Source: an uncultured bacterium (GTDB lineage: Bacteria; Acidobacteriota; Thermoanaerobaculia; Multivoradales; JAHZIX01). Taken from it: DNA of 64,000 bases. The DNA lies in contig CBDUPA010000004.1 of NCBI GenBank assembly GCA_965368975.1, positions 224,001-288,000 of the forward strand, read 5' to 3'. Below the pieces are notes generated by a model that was given only the letters and a program-made list of their open reading frames with translations, was not told the origin of the DNA and did not search any database. Shown piece by piece: positions 50,382 to 61,158 of the stretch. The position numbers and the translations under genes are program-made. Position 1 is the first letter of the stretch; every line of letters starts with the position of its first letter.

Positions 50382-52166
50382 TCAGCCGCCAGCGCGCTCG
50401 TAGAGGGCGTCGATCTGCTCGGCGAAGTTCTTGGCGACGATCCGCCGCTTGACCTTCATGGTCGGTGTCAGTTCGCCACTCTCGATCGTCCACTCCCCGG
50501 GCAGTAGATCCCACGCTTTCACCTGTTCGTAGCGCGCCAGCTGGTCGTTGACCGCCTCGACTTCGTGACGGAAGAGCTTCTGTACTTCACCGTGGGTGAT
50601 GAGCTCTTGGTGCGACGTCGCCTGCACGCCCTGCTTGACAGCCCAGGGTTCGAGCGCTTCGAAGTCGGGCACGATGAGAGCGGAGAGGAACTTGCGCTTG
50701 TCGCCGATCACCATGACTTGGTTGATGAAGGTGCTGGCCTTGAGCGCGTTCTCAATCGGTGCCGGCGCCACGTTCTTGCCGTAGGCGTTGACGATGATTT
50801 CCTTCTTGCGGTCGGTGATGGTCAAGATGCCCTGTTCGTCGATCTCACCGATATCGCCGGTGTGGAACCACCCGTCGTCGTCGATCGCCTCGGCGGTGGC
50901 CTCGGGCAGGTTGTGGTAGCCCTGCATGATGTTCGGGCCCTTGGCCAAGATCTCGCCGTCCTCCGCGATGCGCAGCTCGACGCCCGGGATGGCGGCGCCG
51001 ACGCTGCCGAGTTTCAGGCGGCCCTGGCGGTTGACGCTCAGCACCGGCGACGTCTCAGACAGGCCGTAGCCCTCGTAGATGCGCACGCCGGCGCCCCAGA
51101 AGAATTCGGCGACCTCGCGCGCCAGCGGGGCGCCGCCGGAAATGGCGAACTGGAAGCGGCCACCCAGGCGTTCGCGGATCTTACTGAACACGAGCTTGTC
51201 GGCCAGAGCGAGCTTGAAGCCGAGCAGCCCCGGAGGAGCGGTGCCACGCAGTCGGTACTCGAGCGCCTGACGGCCGACGCCGACCGCCCAGTGGAAGATC
51301 TTCTGGCGCAGCGCCGGCGCCTGCGCGATGTTCTCGTGGATGCGCGCCAGCACTTTCTCGTAGACGCGCGGCACGGAGACGAAGACGTGTGGCTTCACCT
51401 CCTGCAGGTTTTGAGCTACCGCGTTGACGGACTCGGCGTAGGCGATGACACAGCCCTTGAGGAAGTAGATGTAGTCGACCGTGCGCTCGAAGGAGTGCGA
51501 CAGGGGCAGGAAGGACAGGCTGACGAAGTCGTCCTCGAACGCGATGACGTCCATCGAGTTGGTGACGTTGGAGGCGATGTTGGTGTGGCTGAGCCTGACG
51601 CCCTTCGGATTGCCGGTGGTACCACTGGTGTAGATGAAGGTCGCCAGGTCGTCGCCCGTGACGGCGCGCGCACGCGCCTCGAGGTCGGCCGCATCGTAGC
51701 CTTCACCAGCGGCCTGCAGTGCCGCCAGCGTTTGGATCTCGGCGTCGCCGCCCGTGTCGCCAATCAAGATCAGCTGCTCGACGTGCGGCATGTCGCCCTT
51801 CTCGGCGGCCAGACCGTGGTAGCGCTCGAGGTCCTGGGCAAAGACCAACTTGGCGCCGCTGTCGCGGGCGATGTAGGCGGCCTGGTCCGGTGTCAGGGTT
51901 GGGTAGATGGGGACCAGCACGGCGCCGATGCAGAGAGTGGCGAAGTCGATGGTCGGCCAGTGCGGACCGTTCTCCGCCATCAGGGCAACGCGGTCACCCT
52001 GCTCGATGCCGGCATCGAGCAAAGCCTTGCTCAGCCGCCGCACCCCGTCGGCGAACTCCTGGGTCGAGATCGACTGATAGGTGCCGTCGACCTTGTGCTG
52101 CAGCAGCACGGGGCGGTCGCGTTCGGCGACGACGAGGAACAGTTCGGCCAGAGTCTTGATCGGCAT
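50382..52166 (-). CDS. fadD: Long-chain fatty acid-CoA ligase
   Basis: YTSGTTGNPKG, FLPLSH, GYGLSET, FHTGDIG, DRKKE and LTPTMKVKR. Confidence 0.92.
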   Translation of the reverse strand: MPIKTLAELFLVVAERDRPVLLQHKVDGTYQSISTQEFADGVRRLSKALLDAGIEQGDRVALMAENGPHWPTIDFATLCIGAVLVPIYPTLTPDQAAYIARDSGAKLVFAQDLERYHGLAAEKGDMPHVEQLILIGDTGGDAEIQTLAALQAAGEGYDAADLEARARAVTGDDLATFIYTSGTTGNPKGVRLSHTNIASNVTNSMDVIAFEDDFVSLSFLPLSHSFERTVDYIYFLKGCVIAYAESVNAVAQNLQEVKPHVFVSVPRVYEKVLARIHENIAQAPALRQKIFHWAVGVGRQALEYRLRGTAPPGLLGFKLALADKLVFSKIRERLGGRFQFAISGGAPLAREVAEFFWGAGVRIYEGYGLSETSPVLSVNRQGRLKLGSVGAAIPGVELRIAEDGEILAKGPNIMQGYHNLPEATAEAIDDDGWFHTGDIGEIDEQGILTITDRKKEIIVNAYGKNVAPAPIENALKASTFINQVMVIGDKRKFLSALIVPDFEALEPWAVKQGVQATSHQELITHGEVQKLFRHEVEAVNDQLARYEQVKAWDLLPGEWTIESGELTPTMKVKRRIVAKNFAEQIDALYERAGG

Positions 52167-52378
52167 CACTCGAGGTCTCCCCTCATTCATTGCGGCCCGG
52201 TCTCTCTGCGCCGCTCCCTGAAACGGCTCTGGGCCGCTGCAGTCGGGGCACAACTTGGGATCGGGCGCGGGTGCAGGTCGGAGACTGATTGTACTGCAAT
52301 CGGGGTGTTTGCCAACTCCTTCCACTCCGCTCAGGCGAGTGTCGGAATAGCTTGATGCATGGTTCGGCGGCGGGGGGC

Positions 52379-52407
52379 TTGACGAGGCTCGGGTGAAGGG
52401 GTATCCT
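52379..52407 (+). promoter_or_regulatory. Sigma-70 promoter for tRNA-Pro
   Basis: TTGACG-N17-TATCCT followed by a GC-rich discriminator. Confidence 0.6.
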
Positions 52408-52455
52408 CCCGGCTCTCACGAAGAAGGACTTTGACGATGTCCTTCAGCCACTCAT

Positions 52456-52532
<77 letters not shown>

Positions 52533-52626
52533 TCCTTCCTTCTCGACATACCCGCGGAAACAGTCTAGAGGCTCAGAGCCAGAGGGAGACCACCTGTTCC
52601 CTCTTTCTTCCGAGGCAGTTTCTGCC

Positions 52627-52654
52627 GAGGCAGCTGCATGTGGCTGCCTTCTTG
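52627..52654 (+). terminator. Hairpin terminator downstream of the tRNA and convergent gene
   Basis: AGGCAGC...GCTGCCT followed by TCTT. Confidence 0.5.
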
Positions 52655-52663
52655 ATCCGAGGA

Positions 52664-53188
52664 TCAGAGGAAATACAGCGTCTCGTCGACCTTCGGTGTC
52701 TTCCGTCGGTGCGCCAGCGCTCGCTTCTTCAGCTGGAACAGCTCACTCAGAGCGTCAGCATCGTCTTCTGGTGGCTCGCCCAATTCGGCTTCCAGCGCAT
52801 CCGGGTCGTCGCCGCGTTCCAGGCGCTGCATCATGTCTTGCATGCGGTCGCTCAGCTGCAAGCCCGAGAGTTCGCTGAAGCGACGCAGGAAGTGCCCCAT
52901 CTGCCGCGGATCTTCGGCAGTATCGCCGTCCTCTTCTTGCCCTTCCATCTCGTGCATCAGCTGCTCCATGGCGGCTTCCATGCGCGGATCTTCTAGCGCG
53001 TCGAGAGGATTCGGTGCACCAGCGTCATCCTTGCCGGCGTGCTCGAGCGTCGCGAAGCGCGAGGGTTTGCGCTCGAGTTCGGGGCGCTGACAGCGGGGGC
53101 AGCTCGGTCGCGTCTCGGTATCGACTCGGTTGGAGAAGAAGCTGTAGACGGTGTGGCAGTCGCGGCAGTAGAACTCGTAAATGGGCAT
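52664..53188 (-). CDS. FmdB-family zinc-ribbon protein with acidic C-terminal domain
   Basis: MPIYEFYCRDC...CPRC...SRF. Confidence 0.85.
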   Translation of the reverse strand: MPIYEFYCRDCHTVYSFFSNRVDTETRPSCPRCQRPELERKPSRFATLEHAGKDDAGAPNPLDALEDPRMEAAMEQLMHEMEGQEEDGDTAEDPRQMGHFLRRFSELSGLQLSDRMQDMMQRLERGDDPDALEAELGEPPEDDADALSELFQLKKRALAHRRKTPKVDETLYFL

Positions 53189-53194
53189 CGGTGA

Positions 53195-54274
53195 TCAGGG
53201 CGAGGCCGCCTGGACCTGGCCTTGCAGAAAGGCCTCCAACTTGCGGCAGAAGGCCACGGGCTCTTCGGCGTGTGGCAGGAGTGCGCTGCCCTCGAAGACT
53301 TCTAGGTCGGCCTGCGGTAGGTGCTTGAGCCAACGGTCGGCGCGGTGGACCGCCGGGCTGCCGGCATGCCGGCCCCAGGCCAGCCACACGGGTAGGTCGA
53401 AGTCTTCCAGGACGCCCTTCAGTGGCAATTGGAGTGCGCCGGTCAGATAGGCACCGAGCACTGCCTGCGAGCCAGGCTCGTGGCTGGAACGGTAGTGGTG
53501 CTCGACCAGCGCCGCGTCCACCCGGTCGGGGGCGCCATAGACTTCCTGGCGCAGGTACGTGCGCAGTTGATTACGGCTGGTGAACAGGTTGAGTGCCGCT
53601 GTGCCGAGTATTGGCACGCGCAGCAGGGCGTAGAGCAGCACGTCCTTGAAGTCGCGTCCTCTCCCCGATCCCGAGCGTCCCAGGCCCTTGTGCCCCGTGC
53701 CTCTGGCGTCGAGGCCGCGCGGGCACACCAGTCCAAGGGCACGCACCAGACGAGGTGCTTCGGCCGCTGCGTGCAGGGCATAGGCGGCGCTCAAGCCCGA
53801 TGCGACGATGACGGTCGGCTCGGCCAGCACGTTGCGCACGAAGTCGAGCACCACATCTGCGTAGAAGGCTCCATCGAGACGTCCGCTGCTGTGTGGGTTC
53901 GCCTGCTGCTTCGCGGGGCGGCTCGACGGGCGTGGCGACCGGCCCCAGCCAGGCAGGTCGAGGGCGTAGACGCGGTGGTGGGCGGCCAGAATCTCGCTCG
54001 CCCGGCGCCACTCGTTGTTGTCGAAGCCGGGGCCGAACGAATGCAGCAGCAGCAAGGGTGGGCCTTCGCCGAGTTGTTGAAAGGTCAACTCACCGTGCGG
54101 TCCGGAGTAGCTGTGGGCTCGCCCCCAGGTGCTGGGTTCCAGGCGCCCGGCCTTGCGTTGCACCCAGGCATTGGCCAGCGCCGGCAGACCGACGGCGGCG
54201 GCTCCGATCAGCAAGCCGCGAGTCAAGCCCTTGCGTTGACGGCTGCGCTGGATCTGTTCCGGTGTTTGCGCCAT
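53195..54274 (-). CDS. Alpha/beta fold hydrolase (possibly non-catalytic)
   Basis: G.GPPLLLLH, ALDLPGWGRS and PH.E.P; nucleophile elbow reads ASGLS. Confidence 0.82.
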   Translation of the reverse strand: MAQTPEQIQRSRQRKGLTRGLLIGAAAVGLPALANAWVQRKAGRLEPSTWGRAHSYSGPHGELTFQQLGEGPPLLLLHSFGPGFDNNEWRRASEILAAHHRVYALDLPGWGRSPRPSSRPAKQQANPHSSGRLDGAFYADVVLDFVRNVLAEPTVIVASGLSAAYALHAAAEAPRLVRALGLVCPRGLDARGTGHKGLGRSGSGRGRDFKDVLLYALLRVPILGTAALNLFTSRNQLRTYLRQEVYGAPDRVDAALVEHHYRSSHEPGSQAVLGAYLTGALQLPLKGVLEDFDLPVWLAWGRHAGSPAVHRADRWLKHLPQADLEVFEGSALLPHAEEPVAFCRKLEAFLQGQVQAASP

Positions 54275-54382
54275 GACTCCTGCAAGATTATCACGCGTCG
54301 GCGGCCGTTCCCGAGTTCTGCGTGGCGGGGCCTGTACAATGGAACCGCGGGCGGTCCACGATGCCGTCCCCTGGAGACAATC

Positions 54383-54937
54383 ATGGCTGTAGTACCCATT
54401 GTCCGCCTCGGACACCCTCAGCTACGCACCCCCGCGGAGGCTCTGGAACCAGATCACCTGGCTACGCCCGAGGTGCAAGCGTTCATCGACGACATGATCG
54501 ACACCATGCGCGAGGCCGGTGGTGTCGGCCTGGCGGCTCCGCAAGTGGCGCGGGGTTGGCAGATTTTCATCTATGAACTGCCCTCGGAGGATCCCGAGGT
54601 CGAGATTCCACTCACCGTGGTGGTCAACCCGATGGTCGAGTCGGCGGTGCGCGAGCTGGAAGAAGACTGGGAAGGCTGCCTGTCGATCCCGGATCTTCGC
54701 GGCTTGGTGCCGCGGCATGCCGAAGTGCGCGTGCGTGCACTGGATCGCCACGGCGAACCGCTCGACTACGTCGCCTATGACTTCGAGGCTCGCGTGATTC
54801 AGCACGAATTCGACCACCTCAACGGCGTCATTTTTCTCGACCGCATGCGGGACTTCCGCTCGCTCGCCTTCATGGACGAGTGGCGCGAGTTTCTGGCAGC
54901 CGAGGACAGCGATGCCCTCGACGAAGCGGTCGAGTAG
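54383..54937 (+). CDS. def: Peptide deformylase
   Basis: GVGLAAPQ, EGCLS and QHEFDHLNG; ATG 54383 follows GGAG. Confidence 0.96.
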   Translation: MAVVPIVRLGHPQLRTPAEALEPDHLATPEVQAFIDDMIDTMREAGGVGLAAPQVARGWQIFIYELPSEDPEVEIPLTVVVNPMVESAVRELEEDWEGCLSIPDLRGLVPRHAEVRVRALDRHGEPLDYVAYDFEARVIQHEFDHLNGVIFLDRMRDFRSLAFMDEWREFLAAEDSDALDEAVE

Positions 54938-54967
54938 AGGCGTCGAGCGAGGCCGGCGAGTCGAAGT

Positions 54968-55444
54968 TTGAGTCGCGAATACCGGATCCTCTGGGCGGGC
55001 CGTCACCAGCGCGACGCTTGGGAAACGCTGTGCGCCGACTACCGCAAGCGCTTGCGTCGCTGGGTGAGCGTCGAGGACCAGCCGGTCAAGGTGCGGGCCC
55101 GCGGCGATGATGCGTCGCGCCAGCGGGCCGAGGGCGCGGCACTGCTGGCGGCGACGCCGCAACCTGCTTGGGGTATTGCTCTCGACGCGCGCGGCGAGTC
55201 CATGAGTTCGGTCCAGTTGGCCCGCCACTTGCGTCGCCTGAAGCGGGAATGGCCCCACCCCCTGGTGTTCTATCTGGGGTCTGATCTGGGTCTCGATGAG
55301 GCGGTCTTGGAGGGCAGCCGGCAGGTCCTTTCTTTCGGTCCGATGACCTTGCGGCACGAGCTGGCGCGCCTCGTTCTGTACGAACAGTTGTACCGAGCGC
55401 TTTCCATCGACGCGGGAATCAAATACCATCGCGGCCAATCTTGA
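54968..55444 (+). CDS. rlmH: 23S rRNA (pseudouridine1915-N3)-methyltransferase
   Basis: LD.RG...SS..LA and LS.G.MTL.HELAR..L.EQLYRA..I..G..YH. Confidence 0.92.
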   Translation: MSREYRILWAGRHQRDAWETLCADYRKRLRRWVSVEDQPVKVRARGDDASRQRAEGAALLAATPQPAWGIALDARGESMSSVQLARHLRRLKREWPHPLVFYLGSDLGLDEAVLEGSRQVLSFGPMTLRHELARLVLYEQLYRALSIDAGIKYHRGQS

Positions 55445-55507
55445 TGCGCCCGCCCGCCCCCGCGTGACTCATCGGGCGCTCCACGAGACACCAGAAAGGA
55501 GCCTTCC

Positions 55508-55906
55508 ATGGCCGACTTGCCCTATCCCCAGGCCAACAAGGAGCTGACCCAGGCCGAAGTCAGCAGCCTCTACCAGGTGCTGCAAGAGCGCCGGGCGAGC
55601 ATCATGGACCAGTATCGCCAGGACGTTCGGGCCGGCCAAGATAGCCTCGAGGAAGGTACCGAGGATCTGGTAGACAAGGCGAACATGGCCTATAACCGCG
55701 AGCTTCTCTTTTCCCTTTCCGACAACGAGCGAGAGCAGTTGCAATTGGTCGACGATGCGTTGGACCGCCTGGAGAAAGGGGATTACGGGCTCTGCCAGCA
55801 TTCCGACGAGCCGATCCCGACGCGCCGGCTGGAAGCCGTGCCGTGGGCGCGCTACCGGGCCGAGTTCCAGGAGTTGGCGGAAAAAGGCTTGCTGAAGGAC
55901 GACTGA
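55508..55906 (+). CDS. dksA: DksA/TraR family transcription factor
   Basis: DLVDKA (DxxDxA), AL.R...G.YG.C and I...RLEA.PWA. Confidence 0.82.
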   Translation: MADLPYPQANKELTQAEVSSLYQVLQERRASIMDQYRQDVRAGQDSLEEGTEDLVDKANMAYNRELLFSLSDNEREQLQLVDDALDRLEKGDYGLCQHSDEPIPTRRLEAVPWARYRAEFQELAEKGLLKDD

Positions 55907-55933
55907 GCCGTCCTTCCGGCATAGCACCATCCC

Positions 55934-57382
55934 GTGGCCGACGCCGCAGCACCGCTGATCCGCACGCTCTCCAAGGAGAGCTTGCAGCCGGTGTACCTGG
56001 TACATGGCGACCTGGTACTGGCCCGGCCTGCGGCCCAACGTCTGGCAAACGCGGTCGCGCAGCTCGTCGCGGCAGACGCGGGGCAAGTCGAGGAGCATCG
56101 ACGGCCGGCACGCCTCGGCTCCCTGCTCGCCGACCTGCGCACGTACTCGCTCTTCGGTGGTGCGAAGGTGCTGCTGGTGGTCGGCAGTGCCGCCTTGGCG
56201 GACAAAGCCGGTGCCGCGCTGCTGATCGATGAAGCGGCCGAGGTCTTGCCTCTGGCGGATGTGGACGGTGATCGCGAGCTGAACAGCCGGGAGCGCCTGG
56301 CGGCGTCACGCCTGGTGCAGGCACTGCACCTGTTCGACCTCGATCCGCAAGCCCACGACGCTCCTACCCTACTTGCCGAGCTGCCGGACTGGGCCCTGCA
56401 GGGGGCCAAGAGCGGTAAGGGCGGCAAGAAGAAGGGGCGCACCAAGAAGCAGATCGGTGCGCTGCGGGAAGATCTTGCCGCTTTGCTCGAAGCTGCACGC
56501 CGAGCCGACCTCACGGGCTTTGCCGAGGGCGAGGTCGCCGAACTGGCGGACATCGTGCGCCAGGGACTGCCCGAGGGCCATTGCCTGGTGCTGGCCGAAG
56601 CCACCGCCGCCAAGGACCACCCGGTGGTCCAGTTGCTGCGCGAGCGCAAGGCGGTGATTGAGGTCGGGGAAGTTGCGAGTGGCAAACAGGGCTGGAGCGG
56701 TCTCGATCCGATCGCCGAAGAGCTGGGTCGTGAGACGGGTGTCGCCATCGCCCGCGACGCGCTACAGGAGCTGGCGCGGCGTACCCTGCGCGAAACTGGG
56801 TGGGGCTCCAACAAGACCATCGAGGCCGACTCCACGGCCCGTCTCGCTGGTGAATACCGTAAGCTCGCCAGTCTGGTCCCCGGCGGGCGTATCGACCGTG
56901 CCTTGGTCGAGGCCAACGTGCTCGACCGCGGTCAAGAGGACAGCTGGGAGATCCTCGACGCCATCGGTGCTGGTCGCGCTCAGGATGCCGTCGTGCGCCT
57001 GCGCCGCATGCTGCACAGCGCTCAGGACCCGATGGCGGCCCGTCTATCCTTCTTCGCCCTGCTGTGCGGCTTCTGCCGCCACCTGACTGCTGTGCGCGGC
57101 ATGATGCGCCTCAAGCGAGTGAGCGCCGGGGAGCGCAACTACAACCGCTTCAAGACCCAAGTCGCGCCGCAGCTGCAAGCCGCGCTTCCGGCCGGGGACA
57201 ATCCGATCACTCGCTTGCACCCCTTCCGACTGCACAAGGCCTACTTGGCGGCCTGCCGCCTGCCCGAACCGCTGGTCGCCGAGTTGCCCTGGCAGGTGTT
57301 GCAGACCGAGTTGCTGCTCAAGGGTGAGAGCACCGATGCCGACGGTGCGCTAGCGTCCCTGGTGACACGCCTGGCGGCCTGA
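55934..57382 (+). CDS. holA: DNA polymerase III delta subunit-like protein
   Basis: L.PVYL.HG, SLFGG.KV..V, E..KL, W...DAI and LK.G pattern; unusually long. Confidence 0.65.
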   Translation: MADAAAPLIRTLSKESLQPVYLVHGDLVLARPAAQRLANAVAQLVAADAGQVEEHRRPARLGSLLADLRTYSLFGGAKVLLVVGSAALADKAGAALLIDEAAEVLPLADVDGDRELNSRERLAASRLVQALHLFDLDPQAHDAPTLLAELPDWALQGAKSGKGGKKKGRTKKQIGALREDLAALLEAARRADLTGFAEGEVAELADIVRQGLPEGHCLVLAEATAAKDHPVVQLLRERKAVIEVGEVASGKQGWSGLDPIAEELGRETGVAIARDALQELARRTLRETGWGSNKTIEADSTARLAGEYRKLASLVPGGRIDRALVEANVLDRGQEDSWEILDAIGAGRAQDAVVRLRRMLHSAQDPMAARLSFFALLCGFCRHLTAVRGMMRLKRVSAGERNYNRFKTQVAPQLQAALPAGDNPITRLHPFRLHKAYLAACRLPEPLVAELPWQVLQTELLLKGESTDADGALASLVTRLAA

Positions 57383-57503
57383 TCGTTTCCAGGGCTGTGC
57401 GCCCAACCCAGATTCCCGAAGCTGCTCTGCGTTCCCATTGGGTTGACGCTGCAGCGCACGCCGTCCTACGACCATCCACGCTACGTGAGAGGAGTCCTGG
57501 TCC

Positions 57504-59954
57504 ATGCCCACATCCCTTCCCAAAATCCGCAAAGCCGCTGTGCTCGGTTCTGGCGTCATGGGCTCCGGCATCGCCGCCCATCTGGCCAACGCCGGCATTT
57601 CAGTGCTGATGCTCGACATCCTGCCGCGCGATCTGGACCCCAATGTTCAGGATCCCAGTGTCGGGGACAAGAGGCAGCGCAACGCCATCGCGCTGGGTGC
57701 GCTCAAGGGCCTGGCCAAGTCCAAGCCGCCGCTACTCTACAGCCAGCGCGGTGCGCAGCTGATCGAGGCCGGCAACCTGGAAGACGACTTCGACCGTCTC
57801 GCCGAGTGTGACTGGATCGTCGAGGTAGTGGTCGAGCGGCTCGATATCAAGCAGGCGCTGTTCGAGCGGCTGGACAAGGTGCGCCGGGCGGACGCGATCG
57901 TCTCGTCCAACACGTCCGGGTTGTCGGTCGAAGCGATGAGTGCGGGGCGCTCCGAGGGTTTCCGCCAGCACTTCCTGGTCACCCACTTCTTCAACCCGGT
58001 GCGCTACATGCGCTTGCTCGAACTGGTGCCGGGCGAAGACACGCTGCCCGAGGTGCTCGACGCGATGGCCGACTTCGGCCGCTTCCGCCTCGGCAAGGGC
58101 ATCGTCTACGGCAAGGATACGCCGAACTTCGTCGCCAACCGCCTGGGCATCTACGGCACCGCCGCGGCCTTCCGGACGATGATCGACCTCGACGTGCAGG
58201 CCGACGAACTCGACGCCATCGCCGGCCAGCCGATGGCGCGACCGAAGAGTGCCTTCCTGGACACCACCGACGTCGTTGGCCTCGACACCATGCTGCACGT
58301 CATGCGCACCTCGCGCGAGGCGGTGCAGGCGGCGGTCGACGTGGGCGAGCCCTTGGCGGGCGAAGAGATGTCTCTGTACGAGGTACCGACTTTCGTCCAG
58401 GCGATGGCCGATGCTGGAGCGCTGGGCCGAAAAAGCGGCGCCGGCTTCTACCGCCTGGACCGCTCCGGCGGCCAGAAGACCAAGTTGGTGCTCGACTGGA
58501 AGAGCGGTGACTACCGGCCGGTCGTGAAGCCCGACTGGCCGTCGCTGAAGGCGTCCAAGAAGCTGCACGACCCAGCCGAGCGCCTGAGAGCGACGGTGGA
58601 AGCGGAGGACCGAGGCGGCGAGATCGCCTGGCGGCTGCTGCGCGACACGCTGGTCTACAGCTCGTACCGCCTGGGTGAGATCGCCGACACGATCGCCGAC
58701 ATCGACCGCGGCATGCGCTGGGGCTACAGTTGGGACCTCGGTCCCTTCGAGGCCTGGGATGCGGTGGGCGTCGCGACCGCAGTCGAGCGCATGCGCGGTG
58801 AGGGCGTCGAACCGGCGGCCTGGGTCGTCGAGATGCTCGACGCCGGACATGCCAGCTTCTACCGCCAGAGTGAGAGTGGTGGCCGCGAGTATTACGACCC
58901 GCGCGACGGCGTCTACCACGCCGAGGCACGACCGGACACCTTCCTCGCGTTGTTGCAGTGCAAGCGCCACGACGGTGCCGTCGTCTGGCACAACGGCGGT
59001 GCCTCGCTCGTCGACCTGGGCGATGGCGTGGCGTGCCTCGAGTTCCACTCGCGCCACCAGCCGCGCCTCAACCCGATCGACGATGAGATCGTCGAAGGGC
59101 TGCTGCGGGCTCCGGCCATCGCTGACCAGGACTTCGATGCTCTGGTTCTGCACCACGAGGCCGAGAACTTCTGCGTCGGTGCCAACCTCTTCGCCGTCCT
59201 GCAACTGGCGCGCGAGGGAAAGTGGCAGGAGCTGGAGAAGGCGATCGCCACCTTCCAGCAGGCCACCGTCGGGCTACGGCGGGCACCAGTGCCGGTGGTC
59301 GTGGCGCCCTTCGGGCAGACTTTCGGTGGTGGTGCCGAGATCACGCTCGGTGGCGACCTGGTGTGCGCCCACGCGGAGACCTACATGGGCCTGGTCGAGA
59401 TTGGCGTCGGCGTGGTGCCCGGTGGCGGCGGTCACCTCTTCCTGCTCGACCGCCTGCTCGACGAGCACACCGACCCGATCTCCGAGAACCTGCATCCGCT
59501 ACGCCGTGCCTTCGAGCTGATCGCCAAGGCGACCGTCGCTGCTTCTGGCGTGGAAGCGCGCGAACTCGGTTTCCTGCGGCGCGGCGATCACGTCGAACTC
59601 AACCGCGACCGTCAACTCTGGACCGCCAAGCGCATGGCGCGCACCGCCGCCGACCTCGGCTACCGTCCACCGCTGCCGCGCACCTTCCAGCTGCCGGGCA
59701 AGAAGGGGGCCGCAACCCTGCGCATGATGCTGCACAACATGCGCATCACGGGCTGGATCAGCGAGTACGACGAACACATCGCCGGTCGCATCGCCGGCAT
59801 CCTGTGCGGCGGCGACACCACCATCGCCCACCCGGTCAGCGAGCAGCAGATCCTCGACCTGGAACGCGAAGTCTTCCTTTCGCTGTGCGGCGAAGAGCGC
59901 ACCCAGGCGCGCATGGAACACATGCTGAAGACCGGCAAGCCACTCCGTAATTAG
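57504..59954 (+). CDS. 3-hydroxyacyl-CoA dehydrogenase/enoyl-CoA hydratase (FadN-type, HAD N-terminal)
   Basis: [42 protein letters not shown] and TGKPLRN. Confidence 0.93.
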   Translation: MPTSLPKIRKAAVLGSGVMGSGIAAHLANAGISVLMLDILPRDLDPNVQDPSVGDKRQRNAIALGALKGLAKSKPPLLYSQRGAQLIEAGNLEDDFDRLAECDWIVEVVVERLDIKQALFERLDKVRRADAIVSSNTSGLSVEAMSAGRSEGFRQHFLVTHFFNPVRYMRLLELVPGEDTLPEVLDAMADFGRFRLGKGIVYGKDTPNFVANRLGIYGTAAAFRTMIDLDVQADELDAIAGQPMARPKSAFLDTTDVVGLDTMLHVMRTSREAVQAAVDVGEPLAGEEMSLYEVPTFVQAMADAGALGRKSGAGFYRLDRSGGQKTKLVLDWKSGDYRPVVKPDWPSLKASKKLHDPAERLRATVEAEDRGGEIAWRLLRDTLVYSSYRLGEIADTIADIDRGMRWGYSWDLGPFEAWDAVGVATAVERMRGEGVEPAAWVVEMLDAGHASFYRQSESGGREYYDPRDGVYHAEARPDTFLALLQCKRHDGAVVWHNGGASLVDLGDGVACLEFHSRHQPRLNPIDDEIVEGLLRAPAIADQDFDALVLHHEAENFCVGANLFAVLQLAREGKWQELEKAIATFQQATVGLRRAPVPVVVAPFGQTFGGGAEITLGGDLVCAHAETYMGLVEIGVGVVPGGGGHLFLLDRLLDEHTDPISENLHPLRRAFELIAKATVAASGVEARELGFLRRGDHVELNRDRQLWTAKRMARTAADLGYRPPLPRTFQLPGKKGAATLRMMLHNMRITGWISEYDEHIAGRIAGILCGGDTTIAHPVSEQQILDLEREVFLSLCGEERTQARMEHMLKTGKPLRN

Positions 59955-59980
59955 TGCGAGCGGAACCAAGGAGAAACACC

Positions 59981-61144
59981 ATGAGAGAAGCTGTCATCGT
60001 CTCCTGTGCCCGCACCGCGGTGGGCAAGGCCAAGAAGGGTAGTTTGAAGGACACCACTCCGGTGGCCATGGGAGCTGCCGTCCTCAAAGCGCTGCTCGAG
60101 CGCACACCCGGACTCGATCCCGCACGCGTCGACGACGTCAACCTCGGTTGCGCGACGCCGGAAGGTGAGCAGGGTATGAATCTGGCGCGGCTGGCCGCGC
60201 TCGACGCTGGCTTACCGGTCGATGTCGCGGCGACGACCAGCAATCGCTTCTGCTCGTCGGGCTCACAGACCATCGCCTGGGCTGCCGACAGCATCCGTAG
60301 TGGCAATGCTGATGTCGTCTTCGCCGGTGGCGTCGAGTCGATGTCGATGCTGCCGATGGGTGGTTACACCATGATTGCCGATCCGGACCTGATGGACGGT
60401 ATGCCCGCTGCCTACGATGCCATGGGTGCGACTGCCGAGGCGGTGGCGCGGCGCTACGACGTTTCGCGTGAAGACCAGGACGCGTTCGCCCTGCGCTCGC
60501 ACCAGCGTGCGGTGGCGGCGATCGAGAGCGGGTCCTTCCGCGACGAGATCGTGCCGCTGCCGGTGCGCACCCTCAACGGTGGGGGCTGGAAGGAGCACGT
60601 CTTCGACACGGACGAGGGACCACGCGGGGACACCTCACTGGAGGTGCTGGCCAAGCTGCGTCCGGCCTTCTCGCCGCGCGGCACGGTAACCGCGGGCAAC
60701 GCGTCGCAGATGAGCGACGGTGCCGCTGCTGTCGCCATCATGGGGGATGATGTGGCGCGCGAGCTGAGGCTCGAACCGCTGGCCACGGTACGTCACTGGG
60801 CGGTGGCGGGCGTCGATCCGGAGGTCATGGGTATTGGCCCGATCAAGGCGGTGCCCAAGCTGCTGCAGCGTGCCGGCCTGAGCCTGGATGACATCGACCT
60901 GATCGAACTCAACGAGGCGTTCGCCAGCCAGTCGCTCGCCTGCATGCGCGAGTTGGGGCTCGATGCGGAGATGGTGAACGTCAACGGTGGCGCCATCTCG
61001 TGCGGCCATCCACTGGGCGCCACCGGGGCCATCCTGACCTGCAAGCTGCTCGGCGAACTACGCCGCCGCGACGCACGGCGCGGTATCGTCACCATGTGCG
61101 TCGGCGGCGGAATGGGTTTCGCCTATCTGCTGGAACGGCCTTAG
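59981..61144 (+). CDS. fadA: Acetyl-CoA C-acyltransferase (thiolase)
   Basis: [22 protein letters not shown] and MCVGGG. Confidence 0.95.
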   Translation: MREAVIVSCARTAVGKAKKGSLKDTTPVAMGAAVLKALLERTPGLDPARVDDVNLGCATPEGEQGMNLARLAALDAGLPVDVAATTSNRFCSSGSQTIAWAADSIRSGNADVVFAGGVESMSMLPMGGYTMIADPDLMDGMPAAYDAMGATAEAVARRYDVSREDQDAFALRSHQRAVAAIESGSFRDEIVPLPVRTLNGGGWKEHVFDTDEGPRGDTSLEVLAKLRPAFSPRGTVTAGNASQMSDGAAAVAIMGDDVARELRLEPLATVRHWAVAGVDPEVMGIGPIKAVPKLLQRAGLSLDDIDLIELNEAFASQSLACMRELGLDAEMVNVNGGAISCGHPLGATGAILTCKLLGELRRRDARRGIVTMCVGGGMGFAYLLERP

Positions 61145-61158
61145 GGCGGCGGCGGCCT

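Noticed and set aside
50565-52355. 596-aa + strand ORF
   Set aside because: Antisense shadow of fadD.
53429-54382. Apparent 318-aa N-terminal extension of peptide deformylase
   Set aside because: Overlaps the antisense hydrolase; the real start is ATG 54383 with an SD.
57732-59204. 490-aa minus-strand ORF
   Set aside because: Antisense shadow of the FadN-type gene.
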